A stretch of DNA of 64,000 bases from Selaginella moellendorffii (lineage: Eukaryota > Plantae > Lycopodiophyta): assembly GCF_000143415.4 (NCBI RefSeq), contig NW_003314274.1:716104-780103 (forward strand), given 5' to 3'. A model generated the notes under the pieces. The model had not been told where the DNA came from and ran no database searches. It saw only the letters and a program-made list of their open reading frames with translations. Position numbers and translations under genes: made by a program. Shown piece after piece: positions 1-10,621 of the stretch; within the stretch, counting starts at the first letter, position 1; the number at the start of each line of letters is the position of its first letter.

Positions 1-784
1 CGTCGTGGATACGGAAATTCTGCAGAACCCCCGAGTGTAGGCCGCTGGAGGGACTTGTCAGTATCCGGTTTCCCAAGATCATTGTAAGTGGCGTAGTCAT
101 ATATTCGTTCCCAGACTTTTCTTTCACCTGTTCCATTGCCTCTCAGGTTCAAAAGCTCCTGATTGCGAGCGTCAACAAGGCCGGCCGGTGTGTCCTTGGG
201 AAGAGTCAGCTACGCGCACAAATGAAGATGGAACATTAGTACCCTGTGACGGCGGACGAAAGAATGGAACTTACGTGGTTACTGAAGAAGATGCGGTCGT
301 TTGGATACCGGGACACATTGTACACCCAGGAATTGCAGGGGAATTCTATAACTTGTTGCTGAGGCAGCTCGAGTGTTAGAGATTTGAGGTAGAACTCGTT
401 CGGGTGCTTGTTTCTGATGGTGAAGGCACCGGGAACTCCAAAGTCGTCGCCGATCTCGAACTTAACATTCAACTCGACATCTTCAGTTGCCCGCAATCCT
501 CCAGACACCAGCCAGCCGCCAGCAGCAGCTCGTTTGGACAGTGTTAATTTCTTGGTTCCTGAATGAAGGCACGCTTGAATTGTGCTTGCTACGAGACCTC
601 GTGAGCAGATGAGACACTACAGACCTGGATTGATCTCGGTGCTGATAAGTTGCAGCGAGATGTTCTGGCCGAACAAGTCTGAAGCGACATCCACCAGGTG
701 AGCTCCTATGTCCGTTAAGTTGAGGAAGTTCTTCCTGTGTACAACGAGCGTGCCATCGAAACTTACTGTTTTTACCGTCGCCAT
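1..784 (-). CDS. LOX: Lipoxygenase, 5' part (PLAT domain and start of catalytic domain); runs off the window's left edge
   Basis: Exons ~784-625 ([21 protein letters not shown]...ISLQLIS), ~558-272 ([24 protein letters not shown]...FPCNSWVY...RIFFSN) and ~211-1 (LPKDTPAGL...[29 protein letters not shown]...[12 protein letters not shown]) carry hallmark plant LOX motifs. Introns are short, the first with clear GT..AG ends. No obvious transit peptide. Confidence 0.95.
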
Positions 785-1201
785 TGCAGATGATCCCTCG
801 AGAGCTTGCACGAGGTCGTTTTTAAAGTTCTTACGGGGGCGGCAGAGAAGTCTCAATGAAAGTCTCAACACGGTAAAGCAATAGGACTCTTTCTGCGGTC
901 CCTTAACTCAGTTAGCGGTTGTTGCAGCTATGGACCACAAGAAATCACTCGTTTTGCCACGGTTGTTATATGTTTGTTTGTATCTTTCGTAAGGATTTTC
1001 ATCACTGGCGACTAGCAGAGAGCGGCACGTCGGTTCCACCTCCCAATCCGAGAGGTAAGTCTATATACGCACTCTGAAAAACGCTGATTTTCTATTTTCT
1101 TGAGCAGCACATGAAGCACAATTCCTCGCCGGGTTTCAAAGTTGGTGTTTCGTGGAAATTCAGCCAGAGATATCCTTCAAATCTTCAAGGCTTTGAGGAA
1201 A

Positions 1202-2839
1202 ATGGACAAAGTGGGCCTGACTCTCGGAGAGGGACGGACGATCAGGAAGTGTTTGTGGCTCTCATACAAGATGAGAAAGCGCGGAGGGGGAGTTAAATTC
1301 CTCGGTCAGCAAATGCCAGTCTTGGACGCGGAAATGCCGTTCAATCCATTCGTCAACCGGCACGTCTCCATCAGTAGCAACTACGAGCTCGCAAAGACGC
1401 TACTTTTGCTGCCACTCTTCGTCTTCCGGGTCTCCGTCTTTATCCTGCTGCTCGTCGTCGGCCTTGTCCTCACCAAGCTAGCTCTCCTCGGTGCTCGGGA
1501 AGTTCTCAATGCTCCACTGCCACTTTGGAGGCGCAAGCTTCTGTGGCCGGTCCGGTACCTTGCAAGATGCCTCCTCTTCTTCTGCGGTTACCACTGGATC
1601 GGCGTCAAAGGCAAGCCGGCCAGGAAAAGAGACGCTCCAGTTCTCGTTTGCAACCACGTAACTTTCGTGGATCCAGTCTACATCTTCTACAAGCACTTGC
1701 CGGTGATCGTCACGGCAGAGGAGAACCTCAACTATCCTTTCATGGGGACGATCATCAGTGCCATGCAGCCGATCACCATCCGGAGAGAGTCCCAGGAATC
1801 CAGAAACAAGGCCGCGGTTGAGATACGCAAGCGGGCAAAGTCTCTGGAGTGGAAGAACTCGCTTATGATCTTTCCGGAAGGGACGACCACAAACGGGAAA
1901 GCTATGGTGTCCTTCAAGAGTGGAGCGTTCTCTTCGAGCTCGCCCGTCCAGCCGATGGTGGTGAGATATCCCCACGTCCACTTGGACCCGTCCTGGGTGG
2001 CGGACGGGCCCTCGGCCTACGCGCTGCTCTTCCGGCTCATGACGCAGTTCCACAACTACATGGAGATCGAGTACCTCCCGGTGATGCGTCCCAGCAAGCA
2101 GGAGAACCCACGCAGCTTTGCCGAGCGCGTCCGGGCGGAGATGGCGCGAGCTCTCAACGTGGTGGTGACGGAGCACACCTTCGACGACGTGAGCATGGTG
2201 GACGCAGCTCGGGGTGCCTCCTCCAAGCTCGATCTTCTCGAGTTTGGGAGGTTCGAGAGGCTCTACAGGGTCACACCCAAGGAGGCCAAGCGTTTCTTCC
2301 GGAAGTTCCGGGCCCTGGACGTCCAGAGGAACGGTGTGGCGAGCGAGGAAGATCTGGCGGACTATCTGGATCTCCCGAGCTGCGAGGCAGTGAGCAAAGT
2401 CTACGACCTCTTCGACTCCAAAGGCTGTGGCTACTTCAACTTTCGCCAGTACGCGGCGGGGCTGCTGTTCATCTCGAGGCACGAGAGGTTCAGGGAGGCA
2501 GCCGAGGCGGTGTTTGAGAGGCTGGACAGGGACGGAGATGGTTTGCTGAGCTCGGGCGATTTCTCTGCCGGACTGACCGAACTGGTGCCGGGAACCAGCC
2601 GGGAACAGGCGAAGGCGCTGTGGGATAGGATCAACGCCAAGCAAGGGAGATTCGTCCACCGGATCGAGTTGCTTACGTTTCTGGACAGGAATCCAGAGTA
2701 CGTAGCAGTGTTTTTGTTTGGCGCTCCGGGGTTGCTGTCGAATGTGAAGGCCGAGACAGCCATCCTGGAACCGAGCTCGACTGACCAAAAGAACTTTACT
2801 GGATCTACTACGGATGCTTCTCCAGGGCCATCAGTTTGA
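1202..2839 (+). CDS. LPEAT2: Lysophospholipid acyltransferase LPEAT2/LPCAT2-like with C-terminal EF-hands, single exon (start 1202 or 1313)
   Basis: PlsC acyltransferase motifs NHVTFVD (HxxxxD) and FPEGTTTNG, N-terminal NPF + TM helix, and EF-hand-like loops DVQRNGVASEEDL, DSKGCGYFNFRQY, DRDGDGLLSSGDF. Confidence 0.88.
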   Translation: MDKVGLTLGEGRTIRKCLWLSYKMRKRGGGVKFLGQQMPVLDAEMPFNPFVNRHVSISSNYELAKTLLLLPLFVFRVSVFILLLVVGLVLTKLALLGAREVLNAPLPLWRRKLLWPVRYLARCLLFFCGYHWIGVKGKPARKRDAPVLVCNHVTFVDPVYIFYKHLPVIVTAEENLNYPFMGTIISAMQPITIRRESQESRNKAAVEIRKRAKSLEWKNSLMIFPEGTTTNGKAMVSFKSGAFSSSSPVQPMVVRYPHVHLDPSWVADGPSAYALLFRLMTQFHNYMEIEYLPVMRPSKQENPRSFAERVRAEMARALNVVVTEHTFDDVSMVDAARGASSKLDLLEFGRFERLYRVTPKEAKRFFRKFRALDVQRNGVASEEDLADYLDLPSCEAVSKVYDLFDSKGCGYFNFRQYAAGLLFISRHERFREAAEAVFERLDRDGDGLLSSGDFSAGLTELVPGTSREQAKALWDRINAKQGRFVHRIELLTFLDRNPEYVAVFLFGAPGLLSNVKAETAILEPSSTDQKNFTGSTTDASPGPSV

Positions 2840-3205
2840 AGAACTTGGTTATCAGAGAAGAAACTCTGAGAGCTGGGATTAGAAAATCGTGTCATCACTG
2901 GCCCCAAAGATCTATGCTCTATCCAAAGGATGAAAGAAGAAACCATCAGTGCTTTGCCTCTATCAAAGAATGATCTCTGACCGCTGAGTTTGTAAGAAGC
3001 AAAATCCATCACTTGGCTACCCGAGACCCTAGCCGCCACACTAAATATCCTAGACCTAAACGAATATCCTTATTATAAGAGAATATCCTTTCCTTTATCC
3101 CACTAGCACGCATTTTGCTAGCAAGTTACATTTATTTCTATTCATTCTTGAAAAAGATAAAAACTATTATATTGATAAAAAAAGTTTAGAACAAAGCCCA
3201 CATTT

Positions 3206-4468
3206 CTATGGATACACATAATAGGAGCTGTAAGAATTGGAGGGGGTGTAAGGGGTGTAGTAGGGGTACCACGGATCGAAAATCTCGGCATAGTAATTGA
3301 GGCTGGGATCGTAGTAATCGGCAGGCATCGAAAGCATGGGATCGTCACCCACCTCTGGCAGTATAGCAAAGCAACGTAAGAGGAGTGAGATTCGGAGAAG
3401 AATGGAAAGCGATGGAAACATACCCGAGTAATCTCTAGGCCAAGATGGCAAACGATAGTGCTTGAGGTGTTCTCGCGGCCGCCACTTTGCATCCAGGCAC
3501 TTGCATCTGAATCCCTCGTAGTAGGCGACGTAGTTGTGGACTAGACACCGGCATCGCCACGAGAATGGCAGCGGCCTCAGGCCCTTGAGCAGCGAAATCT
3601 CGGAATGGAAGATGATCTCGGCTACCATCTGCCAAGCGAACAAGACAAGGGCTTAGAAAACGCGAGGGAGAAAAGCCCAGCAAGACGAAACCTGGGTGGC
3701 GGTTTCGTTGCGCTGCTCTTGATCGATGAGCTCCTGCTTGAGCCTGTATCCAAGGGTGAGAGGAACTGGCAAGGCGATCGCAAACGCACGGAAGAGAGGC
3801 CGGATGACACTGTCTCGCGGATGACTGATGTTGTCAATGCGATCCACGGCGAGAGCCAAGCCGTGGTAGAAGGTGGTGAGCTCGATGGAGCTATGGTGGA
3901 TGTCGAGGTGCTGGTTTGGATTGGTGACGATCATCTGGACCTCACAGATGTAGTTTAGCTTGAAAGCGTAGTAGTTCCCTTTACCTTCCTCTTGCTGGCG
4001 CCGGATCACCTCGGGCTTCACCTCGGAGAGCCGCGAGATTCCCATGGAGACGGACTTGACATGGACGATCGGGAGCACTGGGCGCTCATGGAGCTGGACT
4101 CCCAGGAGGACGAGGCAGAGAACAAGGATAGCTGCGAGAAGGCTCCCTCCAACGATGGCTGCCGCGTAGAACAATCTGGTGCGCGTGATTGATGAGAATT
4201 TCTTGAATCTGCGAGACTCCATGAGGTTGAAGACGAGGAGGACCGGAAGATCGGGGCGGTCGCTGAGGCCAAGACCATGGTAAGGATCATAGTAGTCGTC
4301 TTCGTCCCAAAGATCTTGATCCGGGACGCCAGCATCGGCGCCGTCACTGCTGCTCGGTCCTAGATCTTGCCCCCGACTGGCGGCATCGGATCCACCTACC
4401 TGTAAATTCTGCTCGATGTCGAACGCTACTGCTCTCTTGGCGCCGATCTTCGGCGCTTGATCGTCCAT
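3206..4468 (-). CDS. LEA_2 / NDR1-HIN1-like membrane-anchored protein with Tyr/Pro-rich C-terminal tail (multi-exon)
   Basis: TM helix (AAAIVGGSLLAAILVLCLVLLGV) followed by P...VKSVS...VTNPNQHLDIHHSSIELTTFYHG, typical of LEA_2. A GT..AG intron at ~3690-3632 joins ORF 3653-4531 to ORF 3206-3643. Probable in-frame intron ~3423-3358. Confidence 0.7.
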
Positions 4469-4620
4469 CACTCCATCTCCCACTCGGCGCTTCCATGATC
4501 GAGCTCCCGAGAGACCTAACCCTTCGACCAAGAACCCTAAATCCCCAATCTAACGGCATAGATTCAAAGAGCTCCCGCCAATTCCGACGGCCTAGATAAG
4601 TTTCCATTCTCTAAAGCTAC

Positions 4621-5874
4621 TTAGACAAGGATGTCGAGCCTGGGCTCAAAGGATATCCCATCGATGAGCCCATCGATGAGCCGCTCGTCCGGTAACGTAC
4701 AGTCCGAAACCCTACTCCACTGCCGCTCGACCAGGTCGTACAGGAGCATCGGCATATCCCTCAGCCCGCCACCAATGTAGAGCAGCACCACATCGTTGGT
4801 CCCTACGCACATAAAATACGTACGATCTCCCAAAAACTCGTGGCACAAAGATTCCGGCATCTTGTCCACCTCCACCCACTCCATCCTCTCCACATTGAGC
4901 AGCCACACGCATATCGCGCTGGTAATATTCCCCTCCTGGAGCCCGCCCACCATCATGATCCTGCCCCGGGATTCCAGGATCGTGTTGCTCACCAGGGAAT
5001 CCGGCGTGGGGGTCTGGATGAGGCTCCACGTGTCCTTGTACGTGTCGTAGGCGACAAGCCCGTCGGGGTCGCAGCACCACGAGTAGAGAACGCCGTTGCA
5101 AGTGATGGTACCGAGCAGCGGATCCGCACCGCGCGGCATGCTGCTCGTCATCCGCCACGTGTCGAGCCCGGACTCGTAGACCTCGGTGGTGATGTCGTCC
5201 ACCGAGATCTCGTGGTTCCCCGCCACCACGACTTTGTAGAGGCCGGTCCCCTTGTCCACCACCATGCCGACCGTCTCTAGATAGGTCGGGTTGTTGTTCA
5301 TTGGCGGGAGCTTGCGCCAGGTGGATGTGATGAGGTTGCACACCGCGAAGTGTTTTTGGCCGTCAGTGGAGGCGCAGAAGCAAATGAGGCCGCCGCCGGC
5401 GGCCACCGGGATGTAGCGCTCGTTCACCGGAAAACTGGGCAGTGGGATGTGGTGCCACGTGTTGGATATCGGGTTGAATGTGGAGCCGTCCTTGTAGTCA
5501 TGGTTTGTGAACATGAAGAACCAGGGGCCCTGCGGCGAGATGGAGCTGTAAGATTCCAGGAATCCGTCGGAGCAAAGAAGGGATCTCCAGGCCCGGCATA
5601 CGGTCCGGAATTTGAGGAGGCTCGGCAGCGGTAGCCGAAGCAAGACCCTCTCCAGGAGATGCTCTGGGAGTGTGCTCCACAGCAGGGAATCCATGGGCGT
5701 TTGATCCATTTGGTGGCGCCGCTGGTGCTGGGCGGTGCAGTAGGATCGCCGCCGCTGCCGGGTGCCATAGCTTCCCTGTCCAGGGTCTTCTTCCTCTTGA
5801 TCCTCCTCTTCTTCCCCCTCGTCCTCCTCCTTTCCAGTGGCCATGGATTTTTTCACAGAGGCGCTTGCGCCCAT
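4621..5874 (-). CDS. F-box/kelch-repeat protein, single exon
   Basis: F-box WSTLPEHLLERVLLRLP...FRTVCRAW, kelch-like repeats (VAAGGGLICF, VCNLITSTWRKLP, TEVYESGLDTW) and C-terminal FEPRL typical of this plant family. Confidence 0.92.
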   Translation of the reverse strand: MGASASVKKSMATGKEEDEGEEEEDQEEEDPGQGSYGTRQRRRSYCTAQHQRRHQMDQTPMDSLLWSTLPEHLLERVLLRLPLPSLLKFRTVCRAWRSLLCSDGFLESYSSISPQGPWFFMFTNHDYKDGSTFNPISNTWHHIPLPSFPVNERYIPVAAGGGLICFCASTDGQKHFAVCNLITSTWRKLPPMNNNPTYLETVGMVVDKGTGLYKVVVAGNHEISVDDITTEVYESGLDTWRMTSSMPRGADPLLGTITCNGVLYSWCCDPDGLVAYDTYKDTWSLIQTPTPDSLVSNTILESRGRIMMVGGLQEGNITSAICVWLLNVERMEWVEVDKMPESLCHEFLGDRTYFMCVGTNDVVLLYIGGGLRDMPMLLYDLVERQWSRVSDCTLPDERLIDGLIDGISFEPRLDILV

Positions 5875-6334
5875 TCATCCCTTCATCAAATGCGCGTCGA
5901 TCGCCGTCACTTCCATCTCCATCTCTCCACTTTTTGATCCATCCGATCCACTCGATCGCTCAATCGCGGCTGGGCTTCCAAATCCCCAAATTGCTCGATC
6001 GAGAGAGGAACGACCAGCTATGGCGGAACGAAGGGGTTTCTCTGTCCGTGGACTAGGGCTTTTTAACGAACTGACACGTGTCCGAGTGAAACCAACGATA
6101 TGCCACGTTAGCGGCGATATCTTTTATTTGCTGCTTTTCTATTTGTACAATATTCTTTTCCTATTTCATGCTCTACACGCCTTCGAAAATTTAGGGTTTA
6201 TGGGTCGGGTGGGATCCTCGGCGCTGTCGCTGTCGTGTTCTTGGCAAAGATTTTAGGTCGAGGAGAGCGGATGTCCCGGTGGATCTAGGTCTGGATGATC
6301 CGCGGCTGAGGAGGCGCGGGGCGAGAAGCAAGGT

Positions 6335-7903
6335 ATGGCAGGATCCAGGCTCCAGGGATCGCAAGTCTCCTCCAGCTCCTCCGCATTCTCGACGCCGCGG
6401 ATTCTCATCCTCCTCACGCTGATGCCCCTGGGATTGGCTGCCTTCGCGTTCGTGCTGCAATGGCGGGGCGAGGTCACGGATCCGACTCGCCTGGGCGTCG
6501 ATCGCTCCAGATTTCCAGGGTTTCCAGGGAGCTCCCCGATTGGGAGCACTAGTGGCGTCGACTGTGGTGGGCAGCAGCGAGGGCTCAGCGCTTTCATCCA
6601 TCATCCGGGGTGGAAGTACGCGATCCCAGAGAATGGAAAGCCAAAGATTTGCGTGACAACCAGCACGGCCGGGGGTTTAGAACAGATCCTTCCATGGCTC
6701 TACTATCACAGGGTGATCGGTGTCACGAATTTTCTCCTCTTCGTGGAGGGGAAGGCTGCGACTCAAAACGTTACCGCGGTCCTGGAGAGCATCCCTGGCG
6801 TGAGGGTGGTGTATAGAACCAAGGAGCTGGAAGAACAGCAGGCCAGGAGTAGGATCTGGAACGAGACATGGCTCTCGAGCTTCTTCTTCCGGCCTTGCAA
6901 CTACGAGCTCTTCGTCCGGCAGTCTCTCAACATGGAGATGGCGATCGTCATGGCCCGCGAGGCCGAGATGGACTGGATCATTCATCTCGACACGGACGAG
7001 CTCCTCTACCCGGCAGGATCGCCCGAGTACTCCCTCCGGAAGCTCCTGGGCGACGTTGCTCCGGAGGTGGACATGGTGATCTTCCCGAACTACGAGAGCG
7101 CCATCGAGCGAGACGACGTGGTGGATCCTTTCAGCGAGGTGACCATGTTCAAGAAGAACTACGATCACGTCACCAAGGAGACGTACTTCGGGCTCTACCG
7201 AGAAGCGACGCGGGGGAATCCAAACTACTTCCTCACGTATGGAAACGGCAAGGCCGCGGCCAGGATCCAAGACCATCTTCGTCCAAACGGAGCTCACCGG
7301 TGGCACAACTATCTCAAGGCGCCGAAGGAGCTCAAGTTCGAGGAGGCGGCTGTTCTTCACTACACGTACTCCAAGTTCTCGGACCTCACCTCCCGGCGCG
7401 ATCGATGCGGGTGCAAGCCCACCAAGGACGACGTGAAGCGCTGCTTCATGCTCGAGTTCGATCGAGCAGCGTTCATCATCGCGTCCACGGCGACGCGGGA
7501 GGAGATGCTGCGGTGGTACCGCGAGCACGTCGTGTGGACGGACCGGGAGCTCAATCTCAAGCTCCTCCGGAAGGGACTGCTCACTCGGATCTACGCTCCG
7601 CAGCTCATCGTCCAGGGGCTGCGGCAGTCAGGGGTGCTCAACAACGCTCTAGCGGCGGGACAAGAACAGCTCGAGAGATTGAAGACGAGGGATAAGTTCC
7701 TCTCGGCGGTTTCCACCAGGAACTCTTCCTCCTCGGAGCTGGGATCGAAAGACAGCAAAGATGATCATCGCTTGGCCTCCTCGTCGAGGAGGCTCATGGA
7801 TTTATCGAGCTTGAGTTCTTCGGCGATGGTGGTGGAGGATGATCCATTCGCAGCAGTGCCACCATTGCCACCTCCGGTACTTTTAAGTTCGATCGATCGA
7901 TAA
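6335..7903 (+). CDS. KOB1: Glycosyltransferase-like KOBITO1/ELD1/ABI8 homologue, single exon
   Basis: N-terminal anchor [49 protein letters not shown] (DxD), [39 protein letters not shown]-terminal AVPPLPPP. Confidence 0.92.
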   Translation: MAGSRLQGSQVSSSSSAFSTPRILILLTLMPLGLAAFAFVLQWRGEVTDPTRLGVDRSRFPGFPGSSPIGSTSGVDCGGQQRGLSAFIHHPGWKYAIPENGKPKICVTTSTAGGLEQILPWLYYHRVIGVTNFLLFVEGKAATQNVTAVLESIPGVRVVYRTKELEEQQARSRIWNETWLSSFFFRPCNYELFVRQSLNMEMAIVMAREAEMDWIIHLDTDELLYPAGSPEYSLRKLLGDVAPEVDMVIFPNYESAIERDDVVDPFSEVTMFKKNYDHVTKETYFGLYREATRGNPNYFLTYGNGKAAARIQDHLRPNGAHRWHNYLKAPKELKFEEAAVLHYTYSKFSDLTSRRDRCGCKPTKDDVKRCFMLEFDRAAFIIASTATREEMLRWYREHVVWTDRELNLKLLRKGLLTRIYAPQLIVQGLRQSGVLNNALAAGQEQLERLKTRDKFLSAVSTRNSSSSELGSKDSKDDHRLASSSRRLMDLSSLSSSAMVVEDDPFAAVPPLPPPVLLSSIDR

Positions 7904-8163
7904 GTTTACTCACACTCGCAAACACTTACTTGTGCTTGTGAATTTTACTAGAGATGAACAAAGAAGAACACGCTGCTACCTTTTTTTCCAGAGCTCTCGA
8001 TTCTTACAAGATCGATCAATGAAGTTTGTACTTTGATTGTTTTTTTTTCTGGATCTCACTTTACAACCATAGCTCGAGATGGGCTACTCGAAAGAATTGA
8101 AGGAATGAAAGAACGATGGAATGGGTTTCTTTCTTGCAAGAAACCTGGAGTGTTACTGTGGAT

Positions 8164-8568
8164 CTATCGAAACCCCCGGAGCAAGAGAGCGGCCTTTCGA
8201 TCGTCAGTGGATCTGAGCTCGAAGCTGCTGCTCCTGGAGATGGGCGGAGGGTGGGAAGAGCAAGAAGAGAGCGGCGACGCTGGCGGCGAGAGTGGGAGCG
8301 AGAGGCTCCTAGAGAGAATCCCTGGCGGCGGCTGGAAGAAAGAAGTGATGTCTTGGAGAGGGAATCGAGGGATCGGATCTGCCGATTCTTGCCACCAATG
8401 CGCCATCCCCGCGCCCGCGATTCTTACGCCGGCATTGGAGGACGCCGCTGCCTCCGCCGCGTTCTCACCCTGGCCGCCATCGTCCGTGTGGAAGACCTCG
8501 CCCTCGCCGAGCTCGCCATCGCTGCCAGGGATCGATCCGGAAGAGGAGGGCAGCATTGCCATGGCCAT
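8164..8568 (-). CDS. Small disordered protein with GxEN-like motif, D-box (RFPLQDIT) and C-terminal LRGFR tail; putative OSD1/UVI4-like APC/C regulator
   Basis: 134-aa ORF from ATG 8568: GQGENAA ... PRFPLQDITSF ... KAALLLRGFR-stop. It sits head-to-head with the gene at 8986. Confidence 0.6.
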   Translation of the reverse strand: MAMAMLPSSSGSIPGSDGELGEGEVFHTDDGGQGENAAEAAASSNAGVRIAGAGMAHWWQESADPIPRFPLQDITSFFQPPPGILSRSLSLPLSPPASPLSSCSSHPPPISRSSSFELRSTDDRKAALLLRGFR

Positions 8569-8985
8569 TGCCGATTCCTCGAGCGATCGAGCCTGAAAAT
8601 CCCCAAACCAAGATCTGGCGCGCGCGCGCGATCGATCCACAAACGCGGGCCTTCGAAATGTGCCCCCCTCGCGAAATAAATCTGGCAAAACATAGCGCCA
8701 AGAGTTCAAAATTTTCGCGATCGATGGCGGCGATGGACGGCCAAGATTGGCGGGATTTTGAATTTGGAATCCCATGCGTTATGCGATTAGGGCTGACCCG
8801 GCCTGGTTTAAAAGCCAATTTTTTCCCTCCCATTTTTTGGTGGGCTAGGGTTTTCCAGGGATTTTGGAGCGAGGAAAGCACTTGCGCGCCAAGACGCCAT
8901 CAAGAAAAGGTGTGTGTGGCTCCTCTCGCGGCCTCTCAATCGCCGCGTAGATCTGCTAGGCTTCATCGGGATCTAGATCTCTGCG

Positions 8986-10124
8986 ATGGCGCGGCTTCGC
9001 AGGGCGACCGATTCCTGGTGTGAGCCCTTGCTAGAGCCCGAACAGTGCCCCTGCGAGCGCCTGCCAGATGTGGTCCTCTGCCGCATTTTCATGCTCTTGC
9101 CGCCTCGATTGGTCGCCAGGGTGTGCTCCTTCGTCTGCCGCTCCTGGCGAGATGTGTCACTGGATCCCTCTCTCTGGTCTTACTACTGCCAGAACACCGG
9201 GCTTCGTTCAGCTGACGAGATCAAGCTGAGTGGCGGCTGGAGAGCTCTTTTCATCGCGGTCTTTGGTCCCAATCTCGTTGGAAGCCCCTGTTTCAGACCC
9301 ATCGAGCAGCTAGAGGTGGATCAAGCCAAGAGCAAAGCTCCCGGGCCTTGGGAGCCTAAGCACAGGGTCATACTGGACAGGATCGCGGTTCTCGACGACG
9401 TAGAAGAGAACTACCATAGCTACTCTCACTGGGGGGTGGAGGCTGGGTCGCAGTTCCATCGAGGTGGTGGCGATGGCGTGGTACGAGAGAATCCTCCAGT
9501 GGACTGCTCTCCTTGCCCGTCGGTTCCACTCGAGAGTGTGATCGCTACTTCGCATGATTGGGGACGACTCCAGCACTACATTGGCTTCCAGACTTTTTCC
9601 AACAAGTTCCTCGACCAGAGCCCGCCGTTTGTTCTCACTGCCTGGTTTGCGGCGCGGAGAGGATCGCCGGGGCTTTTCAGGATAAACTTGCTGCTCAGGG
9701 ATGATCTCAAGAACTGCAAGAGTGTCTGGTATGTAGATGTTTTGTTTGCGTGTTTTATCTGACTTTTTCCTTGCTGGTTTCAGGGACTCTGGGATTATAA
9801 ATGCGAAGGATGAGTGGCAACAAGCCAAGTTCATTATCAAGGACTACAACAAGGTTAGAACTTTAGCATTTGGTTCTCACAAATTTATTTTTCCTTTGGG
9901 AGCAGGGGGTGAGGTCCGTTATGGTGAAGCTTGCTGGGAAGTGCACGACCGGGGAACGGGGTTTCTACGGTACAAAATTTACGGACGTGAGGCTGCATTT
10001 TATCCCGATTTGTGAGGTGCGTAGTAGCTTTCCTTATCGTCTTCTCAAACGTTTTCTTTTGCTTTTCCAGATTAAAAACTATGCGGACTTTGACGAAGGT
10101 GTATTCTTAGATAGTGTTGCATAA
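8986..10124 (+). CDS. F-box protein with FBA (FBXO2/Fbs1-like galactose-binding-fold) domain; 4 exons
   Basis: F-box LPDVVLCRIF...VCRSWR. Exons 8986-9728, 9784-9853, 9906-10016, 10071-10124 with GT..AG introns give GPNLVGSPCF...IATSHDW...FLDQSPPFVLTAWFAAR...EWQQAKFIIKDYNKGVRSVMVKLAGKC...GFYGTKFT, collinear with FBA-domain motifs. Confidence 0.8.
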
Positions 10125-10621
10125 ATTTGCAACTTGCTACGGTCTGTTCGGCCAGGTTTCTTATTCACCCCCTTTCTTCTGTTTGTAATTGAAAAGGACA
10201 CTGCAGATTATTTCTTGACGTTGCTTCTTAGCTCAGGTTCCTGCACTCGTATCAGGCCTGCTGCCAAAATTCTATGGCAGTACTGCTTTTCGCGGAGTGC
10301 CAGAGCATGCTTTTGCTTTTTTGTGTACCGTTTCGGTGCTTGATGCTCTTTCTCGCCAGCACTGACTGTTACAAAAGCTACAGTGGATTTCTATTCGGTA
10401 GATTATCAAGTAGAGGGGTTCTTACATTGGTATTTACAGATTTCTTCGTGGTTTAAGTCTTTCCACAGCGCAGAAAACTTGGACATCGAAGAAACTAAGC
10501 AAAGACAGCGAATTTTACCAGTAAGCATCTAAGCTTGTCCTCACGTCTAACGTGTTGTGCAGCAGGACTTTCTCTCCATCTCCTCAGAAGCCTCATCGTC
10601 TTCTAAACGGCAAAGCTTTCT

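Noticed and set aside
1478-2788. Long antisense/alternate-frame ORFs over GC-rich genes (also 2431-3039, 4712-5341, 6677-7528, 6868-7695)
   Set aside because: Expected shadows of high GC3 codon usage; no recognisable motifs.
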